Part shown: one piece after another, positions 49,099-58,835 of the stretch
Layout: each line of letters opens with the position of its first letter
Numbering within the stretch: the first letter of the stretch is position 1
Assembly: GCA_044221725.1 (NCBI GenBank)
Contig: JBGAON010000003.1
Coordinates: 542,517 to 606,516 of the forward strand
DNA: 64,000 nucleotides
Source of the DNA: Elusimicrobiota bacterium
GTDB lineage: Bacteria; Elusimicrobiota; Elusimicrobia; F11
Direction: 5' to 3'
Made by a program: the position numbers and the translations under genes
Notes under the pieces: model-generated
Database searches by the model: none
Told to the model about the DNA's origin: nothing
What the model saw: only the letters and a program-made list of their open reading frames with translations

Positions 49099-52000
49099 TT
49101 AAAACCGTACATTCACGCGTCCGTCAACACTCTGCGCAGTGAGGTTTTCACGCGCTAATTCCGTGTGGTAACCGATTTGGGCGCCAACGCGCTCGGAAAA
49201 ACGAGAGGCCAGCGCGATGTTTACCACGGCGGCGTCCGTTCCCGCTTGCGCGGTTTGCACGCCGAACGCACCGCCGCCCGCGTGAAATTGCGCATCAATC
49301 GAACGTTCGTCGCTTAAATATTCGTGTTCCCAGCCCAGTTGCAGGCTCGGCGTCCAAACGGTTTTCCCTTTCCCAAAATCACGCGAGACGCGGCCACCAA
49401 TAATCGATAACAGCGAAGATGCCGTTTGCTGCTGCACGTTTAGATTCAGCGCGTTCGCGCCGTCTTCACTGAACGAGTCGATCGTTGCGCGGTTGTATTC
49501 AAGCGCAACGACCGGGGAAATTTTCTTTTTCCCAATATGACGATCCAGTCCGAATTGGAGAATTGAATTAATTGAAGTGCCGCTCGGGTGGCCCGTTGCG
49601 GTGCGTCCCATAAATGGAATGCGTCGGTTCGTGTCGTAGGAATCAAAGGATCCACCAATATACGCGTCCATAAACACGCCGTTGCGTGAATAATTCGTGC
49701 CGTAGATTCCAGCGATCACGCTTTTGATTTTTGCTGAGCCTTGATCAAAATCGAGATCGGAGTTCCCGGAAGAATAACCTCCAGTGACCCCGAGAATAAA
49801 AGAGTCTGTTAACCGACGATCGACACCAACGTTAAATCCGTTGGTCGAAAACGAGTAGCCCGGCTGCACGCCAAGCCCACTGTTGATCGATCCCAATCGC
49901 CCATTGGAGCCGTTCACCGAACCAAAATATCCCCACGGACTTCGTCTGGTCTCCGTCGTGTAGCGATTGTTGTTGTAATCGGCGGATCCGCCCGCAGCTA
50001 TGAGCGTGACGCCGGGATTGGCCGCGCGGGTGTCGTACACCGAAACGTGATCGGATTCTTCACCATCGTGCAAACCAAAGAAGCGGCGCTGAACGCTTGT
50101 GAGCTGCGATTTCGCGCTCGCTTTTTCGATACCCGCCATTGAAACCAGCGAGATAGGTGTAATTTGATCGAGTACCGAGCTGTAATAAGGTTCTTCCAAA
50201 GTATTAATTGTGTCGAGAACGGTTTTGAGATCGCTGGTCGGATTGTCTCTTAGTCCGTCGAGCACCGATGAAACGTTCTTACGATTTGATTCCGGGGAGG
50301 CCGCGCTGTAATTGACTCCTTGATACTCAACCTCGATCGACTCTGATGAATAATGAATCTCGAATTTCAATGCGGCTGGACTGAATATTGAATCAAACTT
50401 CCCATAAATAAATGGCGCAGAGACGATCGTAAATTTCTGTGTTTGGTCTCGATTAAATGTATCGGACACAAGTAAGCGAAGATTTAGCTTGGGCCCGAGC
50501 TCTACGCGCTGAGAGTCGATCTGTCCATGCAGATCTGGTGATGAAAGCGTCGTCGTGAGGGTTCCATATCGGTGTGTATACAAATCGGCATGGAGAAAAG
50601 CCGTGCCTAATTTTACAGCGTTGTATGCGTCGACATATCGGATGTGTTGGTTGTTTCCATCAAAGTCAATAGTGGTCTCAGGATAACTGTCAATTCCCAT
50701 CTCCGGGTTGAGAATATTTGGTTTCCCAAATTTTAGCGTTCCCTCGCCTACCGAGACGGAACTGGTAAGGTCCACCCGTCCTTCCAAAGTAATCGTACCT
50801 GTTCCGTATTTAGAAAAGTAAGAACCGTGAATTGGTCCGGAAAGCACGCCTTCGAGGCCATTATCTACTATGCCGGCCCCCGAAGTGACATCCAATTCAT
50901 TAATGACTTTGCACGACTTCAGAAGATTCAAAGTGGAATGATCGAGGATTATTTCGTTGGAGGGAGCGCCTAAAGCTTCGCCCGAGTCAATGAAAAGAGG
51001 GGACCAGTGTACAAGAAACCCTCCAGTGAGAGTGTTTTTTCCCTTTAGGTAGATATTCCCATACAATCGTACGGAACCAGTCCCACTGATCACCCCGCTA
51101 AACTCGCTTAGATCGTTCTCTGCCGATAGCCACACTTCACCCGAGTTTTCTATAGGACCGGGGCCGATCGAGCTCGTAGTTCCGTAGAGCCTTCCTAATT
51201 CGACGACGGTTCCACCAGTGTATGTGTTTGTGCCGATGAGAGTTAACTCTCCGGATCCGCTCTTAATGAATTTTCCCGGTCCGCTGATCGACCCGGTAAA
51301 AAATTGAGTTTCCCATGTATCGGTACGAAACGTACCCGTTCCTAGCAGTATGTTCCCACCCTCGTATCCGTCGGGGGTGAATCGCCCGACGGATATATTG
51401 AAGCCATTCACGTCTAAAACTTTCCCCGTACCTATTACCAAGTCAATTGGATTAGAAAATACATGGTCGGAGCCGAGACGAAGCGTCCCTTCCAATAAAT
51501 AAAAATTCCTCACGTCATTTGACCCAGATAACGTGAGAACACCGCTTCCGAGCTTTTCCATCGAATGAGATCCATTTGATTGAATGTTGCCACTGATTGT
51601 GGAGTCGAAGTCCTGTGTATTTATTATTCCCTCACGACCATAAACGAGCTGGATGTTTCGAGAAATTTTCATTCCTTTTGCCAGTATCAGTTGTCCGCCA
51701 AGTGTGAGATCTCCTGCCTGGTCGCCCAGATTACTGTCATCATCAATCTGCAAGGTGCTGTTGTCGATGATGGTGCCTCCGGAATAACTATTTGCACGAT
51801 GGAGAATGTATGTCGAATCGTAAAGGGTAAGAGGCCCACCGGTAATGGAAGTGTTTTCAAAATCAATTCCCGCACCGGCAAAAGCATTATTTCCGCGGAT
51901 CGTGATCGCAGATGCAGCGCGGAGAGTGTTAAACGTAATGTGGCCTGGTAGATTCGGAACACCGCCGGCGAGAGATATTTCGCCGCCGACTTGGTCAAAA

Positions 52001-52164
52001 ATAAATGTGTGTTCTCTGTCTTCGCTTTGCGCGGAATCAAGAAAGGCTTGGTAAAGCGATCCGTCTCCCGAATCATTCGTGTTGCTTATTGTGAATATTT
52101 CAGCGCCCGCTCGCATCGTTAGTGGTAACAAAAAAGAGACGATAAGGACGGTTTTCTTTATCAC
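49099..52164 (-). CDS. Type Va autotransporter with passenger-associated beta-strand repeats
   Basis: Signal peptide, repeated K.G.G.LTL.G.NTYTGGT, C-terminal barrel (P.LQLGWEHEY) ending VNVRF. Confidence 0.9.
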   Translation of the reverse strand: MIKKTVLIVSFLLPLTMRAGAEIFTISNTNDSGDGSLYQAFLDSAQSEDREHTFIFDQVGGEISLAGGVPNLPGHITFNTLRAASAITIRGNNAFAGAGIDFENTSITGGPLTLYDSTYILHRANSYSGGTIIDNSTLQIDDDSNLGDQAGDLTLGGQLILAKGMKISRNIQLVYGREGIINTQDFDSTISGNIQSNGSHSMEKLGSGVLTLSGSNDVRNFYLLEGTLRLGSDHVFSNPIDLVIGTGKVLDVNGFNISVGRFTPDGYEGGNILLGTGTFRTDTWETQFFTGSISGPGKFIKSGSGELTLIGTNTYTGGTVVELGRLYGTTSSIGPGPIENSGEVWLSAENDLSEFSGVISGTGSVRLYGNIYLKGKNTLTGGFLVHWSPLFIDSGEALGAPSNEIILDHSTLNLLKSCKVINELDVTSGAGIVDNGLEGVLSGPIHGSYFSKYGTGTITLEGRVDLTSSVSVGEGTLKFGKPNILNPEMGIDSYPETTIDFDGNNQHIRYVDAYNAVKLGTAFLHADLYTHRYGTLTTTLSSPDLHGQIDSQRVELGPKLNLRLLVSDTFNRDQTQKFTIVSAPFIYGKFDSIFSPAALKFEIHYSSESIEVEYQGVNYSAASPESNRKNVSSVLDGLRDNPTSDLKTVLDTINTLEEPYYSSVLDQITPISLVSMAGIEKASAKSQLTSVQRRFFGLHDGEESDHVSVYDTRAANPGVTLIAAGGSADYNNNRYTTETRRSPWGYFGSVNGSNGRLGSINSGLGVQPGYSFSTNGFNVGVDRRLTDSFILGVTGGYSSGNSDLDFDQGSAKIKSVIAGIYGTNYSRNGVFMDAYIGGSFDSYDTNRRIPFMGRTATGHPSGTSINSILQFGLDRHIGKKKISPVVALEYNRATIDSFSEDGANALNLNVQQQTASSLLSIIGGRVSRDFGKGKTVWTPSLQLGWEHEYLSDERSIDAQFHAGGGAFGVQTAQAGTDAAVVNIALASRFSERVGAQIGYHTELARENLTAQSVDGRVNVRF

Positions 52165-52805
52165 CAGCTGTATCCAATAAACGCCATATAGTTTTGCCCC
52201 CCGATTTGGACGTCTGTGTTGTCAACGCGAACTTCTCCGCGCGTGTACGCGAAGGAGCCGCCAAAAACAAAGTGCGGAGTAAATTTCACGCCGGCGCCCA
52301 CGTCAAACCACAGGCCCGGGCCTTTTTCGGTGATGGTTTCGGTGAAACTTTGGATGTCGGGGCCGCTTGTGTGCCGGGACGTGTGCAATTTAAATTGCGA
52401 CACGCCGCCTCCGAGAAAAGTGAAGCAGCACGCATCCAACTCATAAATTTTTCTCACGCCCAAACGCGCTTCTTGGGTGGTGTCCGTGGTGCGAATGTTG
52501 GTGTTGCCAAGCGTGGGATTGTAGGGCGTGATGGTCCCCGTTTTCTCGGAAGAAAAATAACCGGCGAGAATGTGGACGGGCCAGTTTGTTCGACCAAAAT
52601 CGATGGTAGCGCCCATTGAGCGCTGATCGGCGGTGCCGCTGTCGTCAAAGTAGGAGTCGTTCAGGAATTTTATGCCACCGTAGACATTAATATTTCCGGT
52701 GAAAGACGCTTTGCCAGCGGCCGGCTGCGCGCGCAACGCCTTTGCGTGCGCGAGCGCCACGGCGAGCGCGATGAGGTGTGTCCGCAACAATTTGCTCTTT
52801 TTCAT
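52161..52805 (-). CDS. Small outer-membrane beta-barrel protein
   Basis: Signal ending LRA, about 8 amphipathic strands, terminal IGYSW. Confidence 0.75.
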   Translation of the reverse strand: MKKSKLLRTHLIALAVALAHAKALRAQPAAGKASFTGNINVYGGIKFLNDSYFDDSGTADQRSMGATIDFGRTNWPVHILAGYFSSEKTGTITPYNPTLGNTNIRTTDTTQEARLGVRKIYELDACCFTFLGGGVSQFKLHTSRHTSGPDIQSFTETITEKGPGLWFDVGAGVKFTPHFVFGGSFAYTRGEVRVDNTDVQIGGQNYMAFIGYSW

Positions 52806-52812
52806 GCGGCCG

Positions 52813-52867
52813 AGAATAACAACAGGAGCCGCATTCCAATGTAAGGCCTATGTAAGTTATTTGTAAA
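52813..52867 (-). promoter_or_regulatory. TTACA direct-repeat promoter box
   Basis: TTTACA-N5-CTTACA-N5-CTTACA-N21-TATTCT-N7-ATG. Confidence 0.8.
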
Positions 52868-52875
52868 TTCTTAAG

Positions 52876-53364
52876 GAGACTGTTGCGAAACGGCGGCTCC
52901 AAGTCGTCGCCCCGGCCCGTATGTAGAGAGATGTGATAGATGAGGAAGGCGTAAGCCGGGGCCCATTTGTTTCGGCGAATGAGGTGAAGCCCACCCCTAA
53001 TTTCCGACGACAATCAGTTTGTCCTCCGTTGAAGAAACAATTACAGTTTTGCGCATGAGATTGTTTGCATCAGAAATCAAAGCCGGTCTGGAGAAACGGC
53101 GAACCCGGAGGGCGCAACGCATGTTTTGGAATTACGATTTGGAAGTGATGGTTCCGCAAGATGAAGTCTTAAGAAAATTCAAAGAGCGCTTGCTTGTCGA
53201 CGGCATTGGACAAGACCGAGACGAGATGAAGAAATGTTTGGGCCATCCGAAGAAAAGAAGCCGAGTGGGCCCAACGGGATCGCGAGATCGAACAAGAAGA
53301 ACAATTTCTGAAGGAAGAGGGCGAACGATTTCGAAAACAACAAGCGGAAGAACGCAACTGCCTC
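52876..53364 (+). mobile_element. Internally deleted IS5/IS1182-like element
   Basis: Ends GAGACTGTTGCGAAA / CGCAACTGCCTC, flanked by a 5-bp direct repeat TTAAG. Transposase fragments match the 62255-63064 element. Confidence 0.8.
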
Positions 53365-53394
53365 TTAAGGGCCCAGGTTTGAGGTCGGATTTTA

Positions 53395-53790
53395 TTAGTG
53401 GTGGGTCGAGTTTCCGATGAAAAGACGAACTTCAGAACGTTTGCGGGCAACAAGATCTCCACAAACAACGAGATTTTGGATTTCGTTTTGAGCCCAGTCA
53501 AAACCGTTCGAATGGAATTCGGATGCCTTTCCATTGAGCAGTTTTCCGTTTGAGTCGGTGATACAAATCATCTGACGAATTTTAGATGGATCAATCGCTT
53601 TTGAACTAAGTCGTACAAGCCGCCTGCCGCATGCCGACAGGAATATCTTATCTTCCAGTTCATCGGCAATTTCGTCAAATCTCGGGCCTATAAAGTTTTT
53701 GTCTTTATAATTTAGCCCGAATTCGAAATTTTCACGTAGCAGTTTAATGATCGTGTAGAAATCGTCGTACAAGTCCGTAACTTCGTTCAT
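53395..53790 (-). CDS. Putative cytoplasmic immunity protein
   Basis: Small acidic ORF without signal peptide, immediately downstream of a mini-RHS toxin. Confidence 0.6.
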   Translation of the reverse strand: MNEVTDLYDDFYTIIKLLRENFEFGLNYKDKNFIGPRFDEIADELEDKIFLSACGRRLVRLSSKAIDPSKIRQMICITDSNGKLLNGKASEFHSNGFDWAQNEIQNLVVCGDLVARKRSEVRLFIGNSTHH

Positions 53791-53808
53791 GATGTTGTCG
53801 TTAGAATC

Positions 53809-54840
53809 TTAATTTAAAAATTTAATTTTCCGTATCGTTCCAATGTGTATATCGACCGTCGGCGGTCCATTCCCTGCCCCGGACACCGATCTAAAAGTTA
53901 TGGTGTTGCCATATTTGTCTTGGGAAACAAAAGTTGCAGGCTGCACTTCATTAATAGGATTGCCCGCACGCAACTCGTCAAAATAAGCTCGAGCTGCGTT
54001 CAGGTCTCCTTGATTATGCCATATGCCCGGATTGTTGCCCGGTGTTCCAACCAGTTGTCCGGTCCCGCTGTCATAAAGATTCCCGCTGGAATCGCGGAGA
54101 AACCCAGGATGCTCAGTTGCTGTCAATAATTCTCCACGGTGAATGTCGGACGTGATTGCAAGAGAATCTTCGGATGTTGGTTGTGTTGGAGGAAAGGTAG
54201 TTTCTGTTTGGGCGGCAATAGCTTGCTGTGTCTTTCCTATGAAATTTTCTTGACCCTTTAGAAATGGTCCGAAATGAGGTGAGGTTGCAGCTCCTAATGC
54301 AGCCGCTGATAAACCAGCCAGGACGACTGCTCTGGAGAAATCGTTGAACTTCCAGCTGCCACCAGTGAGACCTACGCCGGTGGTATAGCCAGCCGCACCA
54401 GCGCCCATTCCTGATAAACCGGCAATACCAATATCCGCGGCAAGTCCCGTTCCTGGACCCAGTGCACCAGCAATCCCAAGGCCAGTGCCTGCTGATACGC
54501 CCGCCACAGTACCGCCGATCACTGCTGCTTGAACATCAAAGTTGTGCCATGCACTTGATTGAAAGGGTTGTCCATGGGTGCCGCCTTCCACGGCACCCGC
54601 CACGATTGCAATAGCAATGATAACTGCGAAAGGATTGTGTCCATTCGGGTCAACGAGGTTTAACGGGTTATTTTGACAATACGTGTAGCGATTAAGCGAT
54701 TGCGGTTCCTCCGCGTTCGGAACCAACGTATCGGGCGAGAGGAATCGTCCGCCGGCTGCCGAATAATATCGAGCATGCGCAGGTGAATTCATTAAAGTAG
54801 CTAAAATCGTTGCTATCGCTACATACGATTGTGCTTTCAT
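53809..54840 (-). CDS. Signal-peptide + RHS-core mini toxin (no YD shell)
   Basis: MKAQSY...SPAHA|RYY...GRFLSPD...NRYTY..NNP...DPNG, Gly/Ala-rich hydrophobic region, small C-terminal domain. Confidence 0.85.
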   Translation of the reverse strand: MKAQSYVAIATILATLMNSPAHARYYSAAGGRFLSPDTLVPNAEEPQSLNRYTYCQNNPLNLVDPNGHNPFAVIIAIAIVAGAVEGGTHGQPFQSSAWHNFDVQAAVIGGTVAGVSAGTGLGIAGALGPGTGLAADIGIAGLSGMGAGAAGYTTGVGLTGGSWKFNDFSRAVVLAGLSAAALGAATSPHFGPFLKGQENFIGKTQQAIAAQTETTFPPTQPTSEDSLAITSDIHRGELLTATEHPGFLRDSSGNLYDSGTGQLVGTPGNNPGIWHNQGDLNAARAYFDELRAGNPINEVQPATFVSQDKYGNTITFRSVSGAGNGPPTVDIHIGTIRKIKFLN

Positions 54841-54885
54841 AATTCTCCCGGACCCCATCAAATGCAAAAAGATTTTCGGAAGGGC

Positions 54886-54939
54886 AGATTAACACTCGAA
54901 TGTAAATTTAATGTAAGGCGGGGGATAAACATTTGTAAA
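54886..54939 (-). promoter_or_regulatory. TTACA direct-repeat promoter box
   Basis: TTTACA-N5-TTATCC-N5-CTTACA-N5-TTTACA-N9-TAATCT (TG-extended). Confidence 0.75.
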
Positions 54940-54950
54940 ACTTTTTTCCG

Positions 54951-56498
54951 CTAAATCGGTAAGATAAAAACAAACTTCGCGCCGCGGCCCACGCCGTCGG
55001 ACTCGGCCCAAATGCGGCCGCCGTGCGCTTCCACCCATTTCTTTGTGATCGCAAGACCGAGGCCGGTTCCTCCGCCGCGCACAACATTCCCCTTCGATTG
55101 CGCAAACGGCTCGAATATTTTTTTGAGGTCCTCGCTTTTGATTCCGCGGCCTTGATCGGCCACGAACACGTGAACACCATCTTCGCGCGAATCGATTGAT
55201 AGCAATATTTCCGATTCGGGAGCGTGTTTCGCGGCGTTCGAAATTAAATTGGTGAAAATTTGGAAGAGGGCTTCGCGATCGGCGCGGGCGGGGACAGTCA
55301 GTGGGCTGGTGATGCGGATTCGCGTATGCAGCGCCGGAAATTGGCTGAGCGCATCTTTGGCGACGCTCACGACGTCCAATTCTTCTTTGTTAAGCGATAC
55401 GCTGCCGCTTTCCGCTTTGAACGTGGTGAGAATTTCGGTGACAAACTTTTGAAGTCGGTTCGTGTTCCGATCAATCATGTCCATGTAGGTCGCAATCTTC
55501 TCGGTGTCAGGGTTTTGCTTTGCGAGTTCCCCCGCCAGGATTTCTTTCGCATTCTGGATCGCGTGCAGCGGCGTTTTGAATTCGTGGGTTATGTGCGACG
55601 CGGCGGTGTCTTGAAAGAGCGCGGAGCGGCGCACCATCCAACCATAAGCCAACGGACCAAACGAAAACAACAGACCGGAAATCAAAACGAGGACCAGCAG
55701 TGCACTCCACGAACCAGAACTAATAATCGTGTGTCGCATCACAATGAAGAAGGGCGCCGTTGAAATGCCGATAAGAACGTAGATTCCCATAATAAGCAAC
55801 GAGCGCCGGAACGCCACGCCGACCGAAATCAAATTGTGTTTGAAAATTGCGTAACTGAAAATGAACGCTACGAGCGCTTGCAGCGAATAATAAATGACGG
55901 GCAAATCATGACCGAAAAACGAAAGAAAGTAGGTGCCAAGCGCGAGAGCGCCCGTGGAACAGGCTGCGAGGACATAATTAAATTTCTCTCGTTGAAGGGG
56001 CGGGACAGTGCGATAAATCGTTACAAGGGACCAAATTGTCGTAGCGAGCCCCAAGAAAAGCGTACCGGCGAACAACGGATAGAATTTTCCGGGTACTTCA
56101 ACATACAGCGAATTGCCGTGATAGACATAGTTAGCGTCACGAATTATAAGTGGTGTCGTGTGCAGCAATACGAGAATAATCGCCGCTGTTAGCGCGTACC
56201 GTCCAATTAATTGAAAACGTCGCTGTTGCGACACTCCGGTGAGTTCGAATACGAAAAGCATTAAGAATGGCATCATCAGCGAACCACCAACGCCCGCGAG
56301 GCGCACCCACCACACGCCGAGCGTATGATTGGAAAAAAAGATCGCCCAATCCGCCGAATTATAAAGAGCGTTGGCGAAATTGTAGAACGCAAAATTCCGA
56401 TTCAAACTTGCCCGCGGATTCTGAATCAGCGCAAACGCGCCGATGCAAACACAATAAACTAGCGCGAGCGTCGCAAATATCGGTCGTTGGTAGGGCAT
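54951..56498 (-). CDS. Sensor histidine kinase with N-terminal multi-TM (HisKA_7TM-like) domain
   Basis: H box ITHEFKTPL, N box NLISNAAK, DQGRGI, IFEPF, GTGLGL, HGGRIW. Confidence 0.92.
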   Translation of the reverse strand: MPYQRPIFATLALVYCVCIGAFALIQNPRASLNRNFAFYNFANALYNSADWAIFFSNHTLGVWWVRLAGVGGSLMMPFLMLFVFELTGVSQQRRFQLIGRYALTAAIILVLLHTTPLIIRDANYVYHGNSLYVEVPGKFYPLFAGTLFLGLATTIWSLVTIYRTVPPLQREKFNYVLAACSTGALALGTYFLSFFGHDLPVIYYSLQALVAFIFSYAIFKHNLISVGVAFRRSLLIMGIYVLIGISTAPFFIVMRHTIISSGSWSALLVLVLISGLLFSFGPLAYGWMVRRSALFQDTAASHITHEFKTPLHAIQNAKEILAGELAKQNPDTEKIATYMDMIDRNTNRLQKFVTEILTTFKAESGSVSLNKEELDVVSVAKDALSQFPALHTRIRITSPLTVPARADREALFQIFTNLISNAAKHAPESEILLSIDSREDGVHVFVADQGRGIKSEDLKKIFEPFAQSKGNVVRGGGTGLGLAITKKWVEAHGGRIWAESDGVGRGAKFVFILPI

Positions 56499-56508
56499 TA
56501 TCGTACGC

Positions 56509-57483
56509 TCACTTGGTTCGGTATTGTAGATTAATCCCCTGTTTTATTGGCTTTCCGTTTTCGGCGAATTGAGGGACACTTTTCGGTGAAACAAAGCCGA
56601 GTTCATCGCGTTCCTTTGCGCAACGGGCGCTCTGAGAAAAAAATCTATCTGACTCTGTTTTTGCGGCGTTCTTCCCAACGACGGCGTACAATTTCGCCAA
56701 ATTGTTCCATGCTTCGACCAATTTGGGATTTAGTTTGGTGGCCAGTTCGAAATTCCCGATCGATTTGTTCAGGGCCCCGTCCTGGCCAAACGTGACGGCG
56801 TTCATGGCGGCTAGGTCACCCAAGAGTTCCCGGTGGCTCAGCGTGCGCAAATAGGCACCGTTCTTCTGTCCTTTCTTGCTCACGCGAAAATCCTTCGCGT
56901 ATTGCGCATCAGGAACGTAGCCACCGCCGCTCGTCGCCTCGATGTTTTGTTCGGTGAGATGCGCATCCACGTAACGAACAAACGTGTGATCCGGTACATG
57001 CACAAGATAAACCGGCCAACCGAGGCGCTGCGCCACGGCCACATAGAGCAGCGGCAGCGAAAAGCAATTTCCTTGCTTCGTATCGAGCACACGGTTCAAA
57101 TAGTAATTGTCACGCTGACGGTTGAACGACGTGTCCCGACTCGCCCAAAACTTTTCGCGCTGATGAATAACGGTGTTCAAACATCGAACTCGAAATTCCG
57201 GGTCAGTGCTATTGCGAGCAATGGCCCGGACCTCATCAGCTATCGCGTCAATTCGCGCCGAATAAGATGAGATATCAACCGACGGATAAACTTCCTTGGC
57301 AAACGCAAACGCCGCCACGCCGATGTCGATATCTTTTTCCTGAAGCGATAAGAGAATTGCTTCCGTCGACCTTTTCGACGGGCCAGTCCTATCCGCGCCC
57401 GAGCCAACGGCAACGAAGAATAACGTCGCAATAACCAAAAGCGCCGCATAAAAAAAAGAATGTGATGTGTGAGATCTGTTCAT
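56509..57483 (-). CDS. Exported transglutaminase-like (SirB1/Transglut_core2-like) protein with TPR
   Basis: Signal-like N-terminus, L..VLD.KQGNC.SLP.LY..VAQRLG, P.H.FVRY, NIE.T, TPR (AWNNLA.LY). Confidence 0.8.
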   Translation of the reverse strand: MNRSHTSHSFFYAALLVIATLFFVAVGSGADRTGPSKRSTEAILLSLQEKDIDIGVAAFAFAKEVYPSVDISSYSARIDAIADEVRAIARNSTDPEFRVRCLNTVIHQREKFWASRDTSFNRQRDNYYLNRVLDTKQGNCFSLPLLYVAVAQRLGWPVYLVHVPDHTFVRYVDAHLTEQNIEATSGGGYVPDAQYAKDFRVSKKGQKNGAYLRTLSHRELLGDLAAMNAVTFGQDGALNKSIGNFELATKLNPKLVEAWNNLAKLYAVVGKNAAKTESDRFFSQSARCAKERDELGFVSPKSVPQFAENGKPIKQGINLQYRTK

Positions 57484-57504
57484 GTCGCCTCCAGAACGGA
57501 GGCG

Positions 57505-57558
57505 AGACTAGCAGTCTAATGTAAATTTAATGTAAGCGGGCGGTAAAAGAATTGGAAA
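57505..57558 (-). promoter_or_regulatory. TTACA direct-repeat promoter box
   Basis: TTTCCA-N5-TTTACC-N5-CTTACA-N5-TTTACA-N9-TAGTCT. Near-identical to the boxes at 60531 and 62192. Confidence 0.8.
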
Positions 57559-57599
57559 ATAAATTTAATTAGCGATGAACGTTGCCGCGTCCTCAGAGG

Positions 57600-58109
57600 T
57601 CACTGGATACTATTGAGAATCCAGTCGATATCAGCCGTGACCTCTTTTGATGGAATATCAGGACCTTTTAGTGCGACGGAGAGCAGTGTTGATCCTTTTT
57701 TAAACCACCATTCTCTGCTCTTAATCCCTTCCGAAAATCCGTCGTAGTAACTCCCTCTAAGCCCATTCACTTCGACGAAATCAAGTTTAACTGGGCGTTT
57801 TGTCGAGCTAAGAATGAAGTCAGCAAGCTCTTCGATTTCTCGTTCATCCTGCCCCACGCTGATCAATACATCGAATCCCTTGATTTTAAGTGAGTACAAA
57901 CGCACGAGGTTTTTTGCCTGTGAGATCTGTTCCGCCGTAAGTTGTAGCCTCGTATCTCGAGGGCGAATTTGATTGTCGTTTTGATCGCAATATAAGGCAT
58001 GGAACCGCGTTTCAATCTGCAATAAATAGGTATCAGTCCAGAAGGTCCGATACTTTCCTGGAATTTCTAACTGAATGTTTTCGAAGGATATTTTCTGGTT
58101 CTTCCTCAT
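57600..58109 (-). CDS. Putative orphan immunity protein
   Basis: AT-rich ORF whose ATG overlaps the stop of a start-less remnant (58106-58189, NLHRLHRG...HNKRI*). Confidence 0.55.
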   Translation of the reverse strand: MRKNQKISFENIQLEIPGKYRTFWTDTYLLQIETRFHALYCDQNDNQIRPRDTRLQLTAEQISQAKNLVRLYSLKIKGFDVLISVGQDEREIEELADFILSSTKRPVKLDFVEVNGLRGSYYDGFSEGIKSREWWFKKGSTLLSVALKGPDIPSKEVTADIDWILNSIQ

Positions 58110-58191
58110 ATCCTTTTATTATGAGTTGGAATCAAATCGAAGACTCCAAAGTCTCTGGGCGCATCACCTCGGTGTAACCGATGCAGGTTTG

Positions 58192-58827
58192 CTATCTCGC
58201 CGGTTTGCAGCGCGCCTCATAAAAATTTTCGAGTATCTTTCGAATTTGGAGATGAACCTGATTTTGCTGCAGTCTATTGTCGCTATTTAGCCAGTGAGAA
58301 ATCATTGAACATGTTGTTTCATCATCGGTATCAGTTTCCACGAACAAAATCGTGTTTTTCCATTCAAAACTAACGCCCGCTCTTTTTAAAAACCTGTGGC
58401 CGTTTTTACATTCGACTCCTTCCACCCAATGATTATCTTGTTCATATCGATGAAGGTCGGAGCGGCAAAACATGCAGAATTGAAAGCGATCTCCAATTAT
58501 TTCAGGGAACAAAAGATTTGCCTCCTCAATCTCATAAATTCGCCGCAAGAAATAAGCCAACTGATCATTCAGACACTCACGGTAGGTTTTATTCTCGAGC
58601 CAAGCTCTGATTATCTGCTTATGGTCATGGTGCTCTATAGGGGGCAACTTGTAAGCGGTTACAGTGTCTTTTCCGTCGGCCAACTGATTCCAAATTACAA
58701 ACCTATGTTTATTGGAACATTCGAAATGCTGTGCGTGGATATCAATTGTCACTTTAATGACCAATTTTTTTTTACAGAGAGGACAATACAGCTGAGGTAG
58801 AGTGAGTTGTTCTTTAGTGTAAAGCAT
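58192..58827 (-). CDS. Putative immunity protein with two CxxC...CxNxH zinc-ribbon repeats
   Basis: CPLC...CSNKH and CMFC...CKNGH. Directly downstream of a toxin C-terminus. Confidence 0.6.
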   Translation of the reverse strand: MLYTKEQLTLPQLYCPLCKKKLVIKVTIDIHAQHFECSNKHRFVIWNQLADGKDTVTAYKLPPIEHHDHKQIIRAWLENKTYRECLNDQLAYFLRRIYEIEEANLLFPEIIGDRFQFCMFCRSDLHRYEQDNHWVEGVECKNGHRFLKRAGVSFEWKNTILFVETDTDDETTCSMISHWLNSDNRLQQNQVHLQIRKILENFYEARCKPAR

Positions 58828-58835
58828 ATTGGTTA

